From assembly GCA_964188305.1 (NCBI GenBank), contig OZ076895.1: a stretch of DNA of 64,000 bases; one strand, given 5' to 3'. Position 1 is the first letter of the stretch. Each line of letters starts with the position of its first letter. Below, piece by piece: positions 12,984 through 26,654 of the stretch. The notes under the pieces were generated by a model. It ran no database searches, was not told the origin of the DNA, and worked only from the letters and a program-made list of their open reading frames with translations. This DNA comes from Podarcis bocagei (taxonomy: Eukaryota). Both the position numbers and the translations under genes were made by a program.

Positions 12984-13168
12984 CTCATACTGTCCTTGTT
13001 CATGGTAGAGTTTCCCCAAATTATAAAGGCAGCTAGTAACCGAGCTCTTGTGAGCATGTGGATCTTTTAAATTTTCATCAGGAATTTCTGAACACTTCAG
13101 GAATGTCTTCCTGGCTTCGTCAGCCTTGCCTTGGTTCATTAAGATGATACCAGTATTTAAATAGGCAG
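12984..13168 (-). CDS. TMTC2: TMTC2 coding exon (185 bp; exon 6 equivalent; TPR)
   Basis: tctctcacacag|CTGCCTAT...TATGAG|gtgag. Reads (S)AYLNTGIILMNQGKADEARKTFLKCSEIPDENLKDPHAHKSSVTSCLYNLGKLYHEQGQYE. Confidence 0.97.
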
Positions 13169-13822
13169 CTGTGTGAGAGAAAAACAAAAAGATATCACAC
13201 GTTCATATGAGATCCCACTATAGCCAGGCTTGCTTAAAACCATCAAAGCCATGAGGACTACAGTTGCTAGTACTTTTTTTGTAAAACTAGACCGATCTTT
13301 ACAATCTCCAACATGGTCCAATTCTTTATTGTCAAAACAGTATGTTATAAAGGATGGGTGATGAACCTGCAGCCCTCCAGATGTTGCTGAACTTGTACCA
13401 TCATGACTGGCAATGGTCACGTTATAGATTTAATGACTCTTGCCACAACCCACTCCCCTAGAGATTATGTACGATAAAATGCCACATTCTACTACTGCAA
13501 CAAGAAAAACATTTGAGCCCCAACAAGGTAGGTATGCGAGTCTGAAGAACAAACAAAGCTTCTGTCATAAAATTCAACAGGAATGGTAGCTATTCTCCAA
13601 ATAAATAAGGAAGGCTGGTAATGAGCAACCTTTGCACGTAGGGGGGCTTAGGAGGTATTATGAAAAATACCTATTCTGCAAGCAGAATCTCTCCCTTGCA
13701 CACAATTAATTCTTTACAGATAAAATGTATTTTTCAGCGCTCTTTTCCAAAAGTGGTATTTACACCACAGCACGAGAGAAAAGCCATCTTTTAAAAACAA
13801 ATGAACATGCAGCTTTACTTAC

Positions 13823-13908
13823 AGGCTAAAGTAGGTCTGCTTCCAATGGCCAATTTATAGTAATGTAGTGCTTCTGAAAGCCTGCTGTTCTCCTGTAGCA
13901 ACAACCCT
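13823..13908 (-). CDS. TMTC2: TMTC2 coding exon (86 bp; exon 5 equivalent; TPR)
   Basis: ttttaaatacag|AGGGTTG...TTAGCCT|gtaagt. Reads (L)GLLLQENSRLSEALHYYKLAIGSRPTLA, phase 2 in and phase 1 out, consistent with neighbours. Confidence 0.96.
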
Positions 13909-16900
13909 CTGTATTTAAAAGAAAAATGGAGGGGGGAAAGATAATTGTATAGAGAGTGAGAATTTAATTATAAAAAATAAAGTAACAAGAGTCAAATTTA
14001 TTGGTCTATATACTGGCAATGTACTGTAAAAGAAAAACGTTTAACCACAAGCAAGGAAGAAACTAAAAAGAGGTGAATTTCTAAGTACAAAAGCTGAAGC
14101 AGTTCACTAAAACATTTATATTTATATATGCAGAAAAAGGCTGTTTAAGGCAAGCACTTTTATAGCTGTTTATGTTATTTAGGATAATTTGTTCTGTTTA
14201 GCTCTCTTGATTAAAGAATCTGAATGCTAAGAAAATGGGATTTTATAAATATGCATTTTTGTAACCTCCAAAGCCTTGATGCAAAACCTCAAGATTTTTT
14301 TAAAAATGGTAACGCCATTTGTTGTGATGCAAATGATAGCCTATGTTTGCATGGGACTGGTCCTCCGCATGGTTGAATACTGTTATGAATAGTCAATAGC
14401 AATGTCTGCACACATCCTAGTAGTGTGTTTTTGGTTGGAAATGATTGAAGCTTTTGAAAACTGAATTATTTGTTCTTTCAAGAAAAAATGGTATCAAACC
14501 CAGGGCTTTGTATTAAATACAACAAAACATCTGTTGAATGCTTTCAGGAAGTGGCTGTGTGGTACATCCAAATAACACAGAAAAGTTTGAGAGGGATGTC
14601 TTCTTAAACAGCACGTATCTTTCAGAGAAAATGCATGCAGTCCACAAAGAGCAATCTTCTTGCTACAGAAACTGAACCCCACAAATTTTTGGTTCAGCTC
14701 CCACTTAAAATAAATTTCAGTGTTTGGAATTTCCATCAATGGCATATTAAATCTAGAGGAGAATACTACAAAAGAACAAAAAGACAGCTGCACAGTCTGG
14801 TAGCGTTCCTGCTGAAATGTTTTGAGAAATGTTTCTTTGCAAAGGAAATGTTTGGCTGCTGAAAACAAAGTTGAATACTGTGATGGTGGTACCAGTGATG
14901 GACAGAACATAGTGTCAATCTCCTGGATACTCTCAACCAATCATGGCTGGGAAGCATGGGAAACATTCAATCAAGAAGGAGAGAGGTTGGAAAAGGTTGG
15001 ATTTGTAAGTATAACTGCAAGATAGGGCCTTGCTAGTGATTTGTTTAGTAGATTTAACCTGATAAATTCCTCAGGTAGAGGGAAAGATAATAGAAAATGG
15101 CTAGAGTTGTTTCACAGACAGGGTAAAGCAGATTGCTACCTAGAATGGCTATCTACTATTAGTTCAGAAAGTAGCCTGACTGTCTCTCCATCTGTTCTCC
15201 ATAGGTTCGGCTGCCTCTTGAGATATCATCACCAAACCTAGCACGAGGGTTCCCAAGCTGGGAGCAGTGGTCACTGTCAATATTTGGATGCCAGTCATCA
15301 TTTTGTACCAATATGGCAGACCAAAATGTCACTTGGCATGACTTTCCCCATTTTTTTGGGGGGGGTATATGTTCAGCTGCCCCTCAATATATCAACAATC
15401 AGCCAATCAGAATCACACATACTTCATATAGGTATTGTTTTTTTTCTGAATCTGTGTGCTGTAGATAATTTTATCCCTAGCCCACAACTCTTGGCGGGGG
15501 TGGGGGGCAAGGGGGAGAGGGTGGAAGGCAGGCAGGAAATAATTTTATTTCATTTTTTGAACATATGGCATAGGACAGGAAAATTATTCTCCACAGTTTT
15601 CTGAGTTGAGTAGATAAGGGGGAAAAGTTTTCTTTTTAGTAAAGCCCCCCTTTTTAAATAATGTTATACTAAAATTACTTTGATACATTCCAACAAAACT
15701 TGTAGAGTGTTACATGCTTATATCAGTCACATATAAGAAAAAAAGATTGCGTGAGGACACTATTGAATAACTGAATCATGGAATACCAAAGGCTTCATCT
15801 CTCCATGGCATGGCCTCTCTATAAGCATGGCAGAAGGTCTTACATTAATGCCAACTTCTATTTACATAGATTTTTGGGGACCATACATTAACAAATTGAT
15901 TGTGTTGCGTAGATGCTTGGAAGGAGTCAGATTCTGCACTTTCCCTTGCCATCCTCTCAGGGATGGTCTACTGGAATCTTTGCAATGGAAGGCAACATCT
16001 GAACAGTTTTCCATTTACAACAGGTTAGACATGGAAGAGCATACAGTAACAGCATGATACAAGCTAGTGCGGTGTTCATGTGTTGCACTAGGATCTCAGA
16101 GACCAGAGTTCAAATCCCCACTCAGAAATAAAGTGACATAGGGGTAATTGATATAATTTTATTTTAGTGAATGATACATGCTGCCTGCAATCTTCTCTTA
16201 CGTGGAGTAAGTTACATGGAGCCTATTCATTTCATTGAACAGAGAAACAAGCCACAGAGTGGTTGGCTTAATATTACAACAGTTCACTCACGAGTTGGCA
16301 GTTTTTCTTTTTATTATTTTATAGGATTGAGAGAGCACTGCTGAACAAAGATCTAAGTTTGTGTACACCACTGAGGATGGATGACTTGTAGCCAGTGGCT
16401 AAACAGTTAAATATAGTAACTCAAATAATAATAGATCCCAAGTTCAGGCCTGCTGCCCACAGCTGTTGTACTTTTTCCTCTCTCTCCTGGCGATAAGTCA
16501 CTAGAATGATACTGTGCTAAGCCACAATGAAAGACAGAGACAAGAATAAAGCTCAAAAACTTTTTCTGGATAAAGATAGAAAATTGGATAACTATAGCAA
16601 AATTATATGATTGCATAGGATGCAAAATTGTAGTGATTATATTTGAAGAAGATGCAAGATATACAACTGGGAAAACTCCCTGAGAAAATGCAATACTTTC
16701 TCAGAGAGAAAATGAAGAAGAAAATCAGGTTTTTGCAACTATCTGAATAAAGACAGGATAGTTATCAAAGACCTGGAAAGATACTGGCCTGTGGTCGATA
16801 TATATGTGTTATATATTACATTCACAAACACCTGCATGCATGTTCCACAAAAATTATGCCTAAATCATGAAATTTCCCCCCATCTTCTAAAATACATGAA

Positions 16901-18339
16901 GTCCACAGAAGGACGACAAAGCATTTATAGACCAAGCTATGCTCTAGAAACGCTCCCAAACCCACTATTACTTCTTTGGCCTGTTCTTTTCTGTCCGTGC
17001 TGATGCCCAAATATTGGGCGCTATCCCAGAGAATTGGCATTCCTCCTTTGGTCTCTCAAAGTAAAACTGCACACCACTTTTCTTCCCTATTGTGCCACGC
17101 TGAAATAGTATGGGTAGGGGTGAAGGGATGTCTATCTGTAACTTTTCTCGTTACAGAAACAGTGACATAACATCGTCGTGCAAAGGCTGTTGCACCACAC
17201 TTGCAAGGAGCAAGATGCAATGCTGCAGGGAGATCCTGGTTTTTCTTTATTTTTTAAGAGAGACCTGAATATACCATCATTTGCAGATTGCAAACTGAGG
17301 TTGACTCTTAACAAGAAACAGAAGCTTTCAATCTCATCTTGCAGTATGAAAAGGAGAGGGGAAGCCACAAGATTCATGCAAGAACAACAAACGGTTGTCT
17401 GTTATTATGTCTGAACCATGCCATTGTAGTGGCCTTCTCTTCATCCATAACAATCACAAAGTTTGAGACAAAGCAGTGATGGGCATACTGAAAGGTAGAT
17501 GTAGAACAACGCTTCAGTCACAACAACACGTCACAACTTTGGGATACTAAAGCAAGCACAAAGGTTGAATTAATTTTCTAGTTGCTCTCTGCTTTGCCTA
17601 TACAGTTACTCTTTGATATATTCACTCCATAATCCCCTTGTTTTGGAAAGTCTCTATTGTTATGAACTTTAGATTAGATGCTTGCACATACTGAAACAAT
17701 TAACTATTGTTTTTGTAGTGCTCCGTATATAGCATCACTTTTGTATTATGTTTATGCCACTTGGATATTCTGCTCTCTTCATTAGAGGACCTCAGAACTA
17801 ATTTTCTGCTTTTATTAGCAGCTTTAATATTGGCATCCACTGAGGCAATACAGATTTATTTTTCCCTTCTGTTTCAGAATACAGACTGTTTTACAGCTGT
17901 TTTACTAGCTATTTAAAATTCATATAGATGCAAAATGAAGAGCAGATGCAAGAGTGAATATTGAATTCTGGTAAATAATTAGCCTTACTTAATACTGTTT
18001 ATAAACTTTGGTGGAACATAGTCTTGTACATGACCTAGAGATTCTTCATCAGGCAAAAATAAGGAAATAAAAATCTTTTTCCAAAAGTGAAATTGCCTCT
18101 GGATGGGTGTTTGATACCCTATCCCTTTTGCTGTAGTGTCCAAAAGAAATTGTTGAGTGGGTTTCTGCAGTTTTATTTCCACATTTAAAAGGAAAATATT
18201 TAACGAAGACACATATATTATACACACACAAAGGAAGAGAGAAGAATCATAAAATTTTACAATTGGAAGCAACTTTGGAAGTAATCTTAGAACCACATTG
18301 TTAAATTAGGAAATACAATACAGGATACATTTGCAGCAT

Positions 18340-18672
18340 TTTACTCTGTCAGATGGCTATCTAGCTGCCAGCAAAGAAGAGTCATCACTTTTTGACATTT
18401 TCTGTTCCATCGTCCAACAGTTTTCACCCTTAAGAAGGTTCTCCTAATGTTAGGTAACTTCGTAAGGGTAAAAACTGTTTGACGATGGTACAGAAAATGT
18501 CTTTGAGATACTGGAAGACAGGCATCAAATCTCTCCTTAATCTACTATAGCCAGTTCTTTCAACCATTTGTCACAGAACTTGGTTTCCAGACCCCTCACA
18601 GTCCTGGCTGAGCCTCTGGATCCACTCTACTGTATCAATGTCCTTCTTAAACTGTAATTCCAGAAACTGGCA
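18340..18672 (-). mobile_element. Old CR1/L3 LINE 3' fragment
   Basis: Contains GAAGGTTCTCCTAATGT, CCAGTTCTTTCAACCATT, TCCAGACCCCTCA, ATCAATGTCCTTCTTAAACTGT..CCAGAAACTGG, i.e. the reverse complement of the CR1 ORF2 C-terminal region (QFW..QFKKDID). Confidence 0.65.
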
Positions 18673-18694
18673 ACTTTGTGAAAGCAAACAAGTA

Positions 18695-18929
18695 CAGTCG
18701 TACCTCGGTTCTCAAATGCCCTGGAACTCGTAAGTTTCAGCTCCCTGACGATCAAAAACCAGAAGTGAGTGTTCCGGTTTATGAACGTTCTTTTGGAAGC
18801 CGAACATACAACGGGGCTTCAGCGGCTTCTGATTGGCTGCAGGATGCTCCTGCAGCCAATCAGAAGCCATGCTTTGGAAGTTGAACAGACTTCCGGTACG
18901 GATTCTGTTTGACTTCCAAGGTATGACTG
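18695..18929. mobile_element. Tc1/mariner (Tigger-like) MITE
   Basis: TA|CAGTCGTACCTCGG...CCAAGGTATGACTG|TA. Internal palindrome GCTTCTGATTGGCTGCAGGA-TGC-TCCTGCAGCCAATCAGAAGC. Confidence 0.8.
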
Positions 18930-18960
18930 TAGCAGCGTTTATGGGGCAGGAAATAATGTC

Positions 18961-19070
18961 TAACAACAACAGCAGCAGCAACAACAATTTTATATGCCGC
19001 CCATCTGTCTGGTTTGTCCCAGCCACTCTGGTTGGCTTCCAACAAATTAAAACACCAAGCACAGTAAAAT
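18961..19070 (-). mobile_element. L2 3' end with (TTG/CTG)n tail
   Basis: Reverse complement of the L2 3' stem-loop region, next to an (AAC/AGC)n repeat. Confidence 0.7.
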
Positions 19071-22000
19071 GAAACCTCCAGTTTAAAAGTGAAGAAACTC
19101 TGCTAGATATTTTTGCGAAGTATCTTGAACCAAAAACATGTGTTTCTCCAAACTCATTTATTTATTGATAACTGATATTTTGGAACTAGTGTAGCTTTCT
19201 AATAGATTTTTAAAAAAGATTTCCCCCACAAAACAGCTGAAATGTTCAGTCAGTTACCTAATAATCAATATAAAATGCTTGTAGAACCCGCTGCAAAAGT
19301 TCACCCTTGAGAAACAATTCCCACCCACACAAATTGTCTTAGATTGAAAAAACAACAACATTTTGCTTTGGGCTCTTATGTCAAAGTTAAATAAGGAAGC
19401 AGGAGACTGAAAACATATCTACATTGCTAACAATTCAACATACTAAAAAATAATGTTTCAGAGAAAATTATTTTGCATCTCTCTAGTTTGTACATTCTAT
19501 CCTTAAATATACTTTAAAGGCATGGCACATCAACGATAATAAGGATTAATTTCAAGTCAACTGTCAAGACATGATGAGTCTAAGTAAGGTAGAATTAGTG
19601 CTAGGCACAGACTTTTTGCAACATACAGATTTCCTACAGTTAACTTTTTTAAACTTGTAAAAAGACAAAAGATATAATTATTAGATGGTTAAAATAATTT
19701 ATTCTGATGTTTCCCAGGCAGTTTCTACTCCCTACCATCCTCTGCTTTTGAACTTTACACACTATAACCAGCCTTGAAAAGTCTCACATTGGCATAATTC
19801 AGACATTATGCTATAATAAGGCATGCCTAATGTCCTTCTTTTCTCACATCTTATCATCTCCTCTCCTTCTGCAAAGCTGGGAGGAGTTGCTCAGAAGCTT
19901 CTGCCTTTGATGAACCATAACTCACCATAATGTCTGAATTCATTGATTGTGATTAACTGTGGTTGTTTTAAGCCAGTCAGTGTTGGAAACCAAGCTTTGA
20001 AGTTGTCCTGTTTGAAATTAACTAAAGTTAACGCTAGTTTATGTTATCCACAGTTTGTTGATTCAGATGACATGACAAAGTGTAGTAAACCAAAAGTAGA
20101 AGCTTCCAAAATCTTCCTTCTGGATTTAGGATGCTGCCCAAGCTTAGCTAATAGGTCAAGTTTAGGCATATACTATATGCTGTATCTGCATGATATGATA
20201 ATATGCTAAACTTTTCATTTTAAAATGATGCAAATGTGTTAGGCTGATGTAGCTGAACTGATAGCAAGGCTTCATTCAGTGGAATGGAAATATAAGCAAT
20301 TTTTGGCACTCACCCCTCCCCCTGAATCCCTGCCAAATTTGTTCCAGATGACTGGGGATCCCCACATAAAAAATTTAGGGGAGCAGAGACTCAGAGTAAA
20401 ACTGCTGAAAATTGCTTCCTTCCTCATTTCACTGAAGGAAGCCTTACCATCAGCTGAGAAAAACCAGTTGATCCTAAATCTCTATTCATGTAGAGATACT
20501 TCCTCATGGAAATAATTTTGTCTGTGTGTCACATTGATAAAATATCACTTTTAATTAGGGGTGCATTGAATATTCATGATTTTTGCTTGCAATAGCAAGC
20601 ATAACAGCAAACCATTTGGCTCTTTAATTTAGAATAGTGATAAGCAACAGCCAAGAACCAAGGGTAGAGCAGGCTGGTTGACATTTTGGCTGTGAAACAA
20701 TGTGCACTAATCACAGACAAAACCCTATCCTTGTGTACTTGTTTTTGCATATGAATGCCACAAGCATGCATTATTACTCTGCACTGCAAGAATATACTTA
20801 TCCATAAATAGGGAAGATTTTGTATCTACCTATATTAAATATGATTTTAAAGAACCAGTTAATGCTATGACAAGTGATAAAATGATTTACTGCTGACATC
20901 TCCTTTCTTAAAGCCATCTTGGTTGGGACTTTTTGAACTCTTTCATAAAATTCTCTGAAAGCTCAAAAGGACCACTCTGAGTGCTTTCTTGACAGCCATT
21001 TATTCTCTCCAACCTTCCCTACACTTGCCTTCATTACTCTAGCCAAGTTCAAGCATTTGCCTGAACCATACCTATGTTGAAATGTGGGGATGGGGCATGG
21101 ACCATGGACAAAGCCCTGCTCCTAGCAATCCCATGTCCATCAGGCTGGTGAGTTCAGGCTCCAGCCTTCTGCTTTGAACAGGGAAGACGTGCAACACATT
21201 TTTACTTGTATTCACTTAAACCCGAGTAGAACCCTCTTAGCAATCGGGGACACTAATCAAGCAACGTCACCCATCATCCAAGGTGTTCCACTCCCATTCA
21301 AGAGAACAATAACCACCACCCCTACGTATGTTGCCCACTCAACAGCAGAAGCTCAAAGGGAATTCAAACAGGGGTGTTTGGGTGGGGCTTGCATGAGTGC
21401 CACACCCTCATCATCACATTTAAACACTGCATGTTCGGGAAAATATCAGAACATGGATGCTTTCAGCAAACTTACCAAGCAAGATGGGTAAGGAGGTAAA
21501 CCCTCTGCAAGGAAAGCTCTCTCACTGTTGGCCTCTCCTCCATCCCTTTCTAAGGGCCCAGAACCCCTGGCGATCTATAGCCCTACACCCTGTTGTTATG
21601 GTTTTATGACCTAAGAGAGACCCAAGAAACAGCTTCCTCCTTCTGGCTGCTGCTGCTGCTGCTGATAGAATATGAGGGCAGAGGTAGTCTGGAAGAAGGC
21701 TGAGTGTATTTACAGACCAAGCCAAAATTAAAAGGCATTTTTGGTTCGCCTCGTAAAAAGACCATTGTTTTCAACCTGGGGGAGGGTCACTTCAAAATCC
21801 ATTCAGTTCAGAAAATTGGCAACAACACTATATGAGCATGGTCAGTGGTAGTTAAGGCTGGCAGGAGGGTCAGAAGGGGGTGGGAATCATGCTTTGAAGG
21901 AACAGGGGTGGGGGAGATAATATATGTTCCTATGCCTGCCCCCAACCCCTTAACTATGGTTAAAGATTGGTTGTGTTTTGTTTGCACTGGTGATGAATTT

Positions 22001-23327
22001 GCTGCGGCTTACTTTGTATCCTGCGCAACACAATATGGGTATCATTATTTTTCCTCTTTCATCCACTTTTCTTTCTATAAAAGTAGTATTAAACCTAAGT
22101 ACTATATATTCCAAATTTGCAAAAGCCTCTGGAGGTAGATAAGCCAATAATTATAATCCAAAGCTAACAGGCTGGCTCAGACTGTTTTCAAATCAAAGGG
22201 TCAATTTTGTGACAGATCCTCATGGCTAGATATCTGTAAAAAAAATATGATTGGTTTGCAGCATGCTATAACCATGCACTTTCGAGTTTCCAGTTCAGAA
22301 TACACAGTTTGTAGGGAAATAAATGGTGCGTATACAAATTTAGAAAATTGAGGCACGGCTACTTGCCAGAGCATTCCAAACTGAGAAGCCTATCACCTTC
22401 AGGATAGCATTAGGGTGGCCAATTTGCACAAGTTACATGACTATGCAGGGAAGCACTGCACACACAGCAGGAAGTTTACTGAAACTTTTTCCTGTACCCA
22501 CTCACAGGGCTACACTTGAAAATTGTATTTCGTTTCAAAATTGCCTTGCCCATTCATTGTGTGCAAGCTGCTGTAGTAGAAAATTCAAGGATACCTTTGG
22601 CTGCACATTGCTCACTAAGATGGAAGGCAAGTCAGACACAACAGAATTTAGAATCTTAATTTCATGAAGTGTGTCCACAATTTTCCCTGAAGATTTAGTT
22701 TGTGTAGTTCCTGATAAACATAAGCACTGAAGTTACATATATTAGCAAGACAGGTTTCCTTTTTCCTGTGGCAGCTTGCCAGCTAACTATTGCCCATGGC
22801 AATTCTACTATTGTTTTCATAAACCACAGGTTTCTGTTGCACCTTTGGAAACAGCCAGTTGCCCCAGGACACAAATGAAGACAGAGTGAGACCGAGAGCT
22901 GGTGTTATTAAAAACGAATCCTTTAAAAACAATGGAAGCGTAATTTACACAAGGTAAATTGAAGAGCACATAAAACTTGGCTCAGGAATTCCAAAGAGCA
23001 TCTTCAACAGCTGAAGATGCAAATACATTTTTAAAAATATTAAAAGTAAAAGGTCTTGCTGTGATATTAATAACTGGCCACAGGCACATCAGGGCTAAGA
23101 GAAGTTTGCTCCCACCTGTTGTGGAATGCTACATCTAGGAGCATTGTTGCGGCCAGCCCTGGAAGATGGGAGACAAGGTTGCTTGGCATACGCACATATG
23201 CCAGTACCCATGTTGGGGGGGGGAGGAGTTTAGTAGCCTTGGTTATACCCCTAAGGGACTCTCTGGGCCATTGTTCACATCTCCCTGACCCCCTTCTGTT
23301 TTAATATAGGTCTACCAGTTGTTTCAT

Positions 23328-23670
23328 GGGACGCGGGTGGCGCTGTGGGTTAAACCACAGAGCCTAGGACTTGCTGATCAGAAGGTTCGAATCCCCATGA
23401 CGGGGTGAGCTCCCATTGCTCGGTCCCTGCTCCTGCCAACCTAGCAGTTCGAAAGTACGTCAAAGTGCAAGTAGATAAATAGGTACCGCTCCGGCGGGAA
23501 GGTAAACAGCGTTTCTGTACACTGCTCTGGTTCGCCAGAAGTGGCTTAGTCATGCTGGCCACATGACCTGTAAGCTGGCTCCCTCGGCCAATAAAGCGAG
23601 ATGAGTGCCGCAACCCCAGAGTCGGCCACGACTAGACCTAATGGTCAGGGGTCCCTTTACCCTTTATCTT
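23328..23670 (+). mobile_element. Sauria SINE with 14-bp TSD
   Basis: Full head-to-tail copy. TSD TACCAGTTGTTTCA at 23313-23326 and 23671-23684. Confidence 0.95.
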
Positions 23671-25889
23671 TACCAGTTGTTTCAGGGCTGTGTAGGAATT
23701 TCTTGCTTGCCTGCACATTTGGAACAGCAGAGTTTTTTCTTTCTTTCTTTGCCTACTGGATTCAGAGAAGATTGGTGTTTAGGAGTAGGTGCTGTTCAAT
23801 AGGTTGATATGGTCAATATGATTTCATGGTGAAGCTGGCAGGGAAGTGTGGGAAAGGTTATGGTTAGCTAAGGTAACAGGTGAGCACACTGCAGCACTGT
23901 CTGTGCTATGAGGCCCTTGGTCTGGATACAGAGCATTCTTGAGGCTTATCTGTGCACCTGCTCAGAGTTTTGGGGCCTGGGAAAGGAAATGCCTTGTCCT
24001 GTCCCTTAGAATGGGCAAGATTTGGCTCACCAAAAGCTGAAGTTAAGATCGCTTTCCCCACTATTCTCATTTCCCCATGCATATGTAGTTTAAATAAAAT
24101 GTGTTCATAGTTCAACCCATCACTTGTGTTTCACCTCTTAATTCCTGGATCCAGTCGCAAATATGCAGGATTCAGATATTGTAGAGAGCCACTTCTCTTC
24201 TGTCTTTTCAAAAAGAGATACTGAAGAGATAGGCATATCTTAATGGCACTTGCCAAGATAACAAATGAGGGGCACTGTCCTAAATCTCTGTAGAGGAGAT
24301 TTATAAAAGTTAAATGACAAATTAAGCTGAAAATCATTGATTCCTACATAATTGGCATTTGGCAAAGAATTCGGGGTTTAGCCATCCTCTTACATCAGCC
24401 AAAGGACTTAAAGGTAGGTAGTAACTCACCATCTATAAATCTCTGGAAGTGTTGGTTGAAAACAAGGGTTCATTCAGTATAAGGCAAATTAGCTAATACT
24501 CTGAGAAATATGTACTAGGAATGAATTTGGGAAGGGGAAACAATTAAAAACACACTGAAATATGAATGTATCAGTTGACAGATAACAACTGATACAGCAT
24601 GCCTGGGTTCAGTATAACCAAATTCCCAAAAAGTATTTTATTTAAAAGATTTATCTTCTGTCAATTAGCAAACAGCAGCAGGAACAACAACAACAATTCA
24701 GTGCAATTTATAACAATTTGATAATGGTCAGAATGCTAATGATCTTGTCACATCCTATATCCATATAAAGCACCATATAAACAATACCTTCAAAATGTAG
24801 CATTCATGACCAAATCAGTATATTCAAATGGGTTCATGCATCTGGAGGCTAGCATATGTACAGGCTTCTCAGTGAACATACATAGATGGAAACTAACAGA
24901 CATTACATAGGAGTGAAATCATGATGACTGTTGTGGGCAGTAGATGGAAGTAGTGTTATCTTCGCTGGAAGATATGAAGACCACAACATGTGTGTGTATG
25001 TGTGTGTACGTGCATGCGCTGTATTTCTACACTGAATAAGTCAAATATTTATGCATTATTACAGTTCTTCTTGCAATTCTGCATATGCCTGGCTTCAGAA
25101 AAGAGAGAACGAACAATAGCTTCAATAAGCCTGCTTTTAGAAATGTTCATGTTTGATCTTATGCTTTTTATTTTCAAAACTTACTCTTCATTACACATTT
25201 CTTGATCTCAACAGCATATTAGAAAATGAGCTTCCAATTCCTAAACAGGTGTTGTTATGAAGATTAATTTATCAATTACACATTACCACCAAACATTTTT
25301 TTTTGTAAAGCAATGGTTGCTACGGAGAAAGGTATATTGTGAAGCTGTATTCTAATTTCATTTCACATTAATTCATATGTACCACAACAAAGAAGACAGG
25401 AAGGTGCCATATGGTACACAACTTAAGTGGCCTGACTAAGCAAGTGGTAACTTTTCGGACAGGCAAGGCAGACTAGGGGGCTGACTGTATCTAGCTAGTT
25501 AAGGCTGCAGTGATTCTAAATAATCCTAGCACCAACATATATAGCACTGCACACACCACACACATTGTTTACAAACTTTTACTCAGAATAGTCCTATTGA
25601 AATGAATGATCATGACTAAGTTAGGATCATTAATTTCAATGGGTCTTTTTGAATGAAAAGCAAGTTGAATACCACCCTTTGTATTTACCAAGAGCCTTCC
25701 TATCCAGAGGTACTCAAAGATGCCTTCAAAAAGTCTTCACATAACACAAACTGATTAAGGAGGGTGACAAGTTCTTTCAGGAATGAATTTCATCATATCG
25801 GTGTGACAAGGCAGAAAACTCTCCTTAACCTCAACAACTTCACTGTGCAGCATATAGAACGCAGAACAGGAGATTCCCAACAGATATCA

Positions 25890-26215
25890 CACAGCAGGGA
25901 TAAATGATGGAGGAATGCATTCCCAAAGGTTCTGTGAACCACTTTTAGTACAAATATATTTGTGGGAAACATGACTCTGATCCAGGCCATTTTGGGCTTT
26001 AAAGTTAAGCACTAGTGGGGTAAAATTGGGCTCGGGAGTACTATATAGGCAAGTATTTCAGATGAACTAAATATGGTATTGTATTCTCTCTGAATTCCAC
26101 CACTGTTAGAAGGCTCACTACAAGAATACTGCATTAACCTTGAACTTCCAAGTCATTTTCTAAAGATAGCTCCATGCAGATTGCAACACAGTGGTCTAAA
26201 CAGGAGATCCCCAGA
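25890..26215 (-). mobile_element. Highly degraded L2 ORF C-terminal fragment
   Basis: Minus strand has ISCLDHC....ELSL (compare ISRLDYC..GLPL) and LVLNFKAQNGL (compare LVLTFKALNGL). Confidence 0.55.
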
Positions 26216-26654
26216 ACATCGAGGATGGGTGTCAAAGAGAAATGGCTATAATTGTTGATTCCCTAACTCAAGCTGACAGGCAAAGTTGTACTGCTTCAGG
26301 ATTTTTGGGCATGCTGAGAAATACTAGTGAATGGTCTCTTTGTTGGGGAGGGGCTGGGACACAGGCAAGGGCCTATTCAGAGACACAGCAGCAGAACACC
26401 AGATCTTTAGGGAAATCAACTTCTGCTACTCACCGCAGAACAGAGTTGAAATACATGATGATCTGATAAATGTGGAGAACAGAAGGAACCCTGTTTATCT
26501 GAGTTTGAAGTATGATGAATGAAAGGGCAAGGGGGCAGAGGCAGAAAAAACAACAGCTAAATATCATCTCCATTTCCAGGAGCCAAATAAATGGCCTCAT
26601 TCACAACCAGGTTTCGCAGATGAAAATAGCATAAGGAAAGCTATGCATACTTAC

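Noticed and set aside
16950-17450. Possible degraded hAT transposase (LWDSAQYLGISTD and a zinc-finger-like patch) on the minus strand
   Set aside because: Similarity is too fragmentary and needs several frameshifts; not supportable without a profile search.
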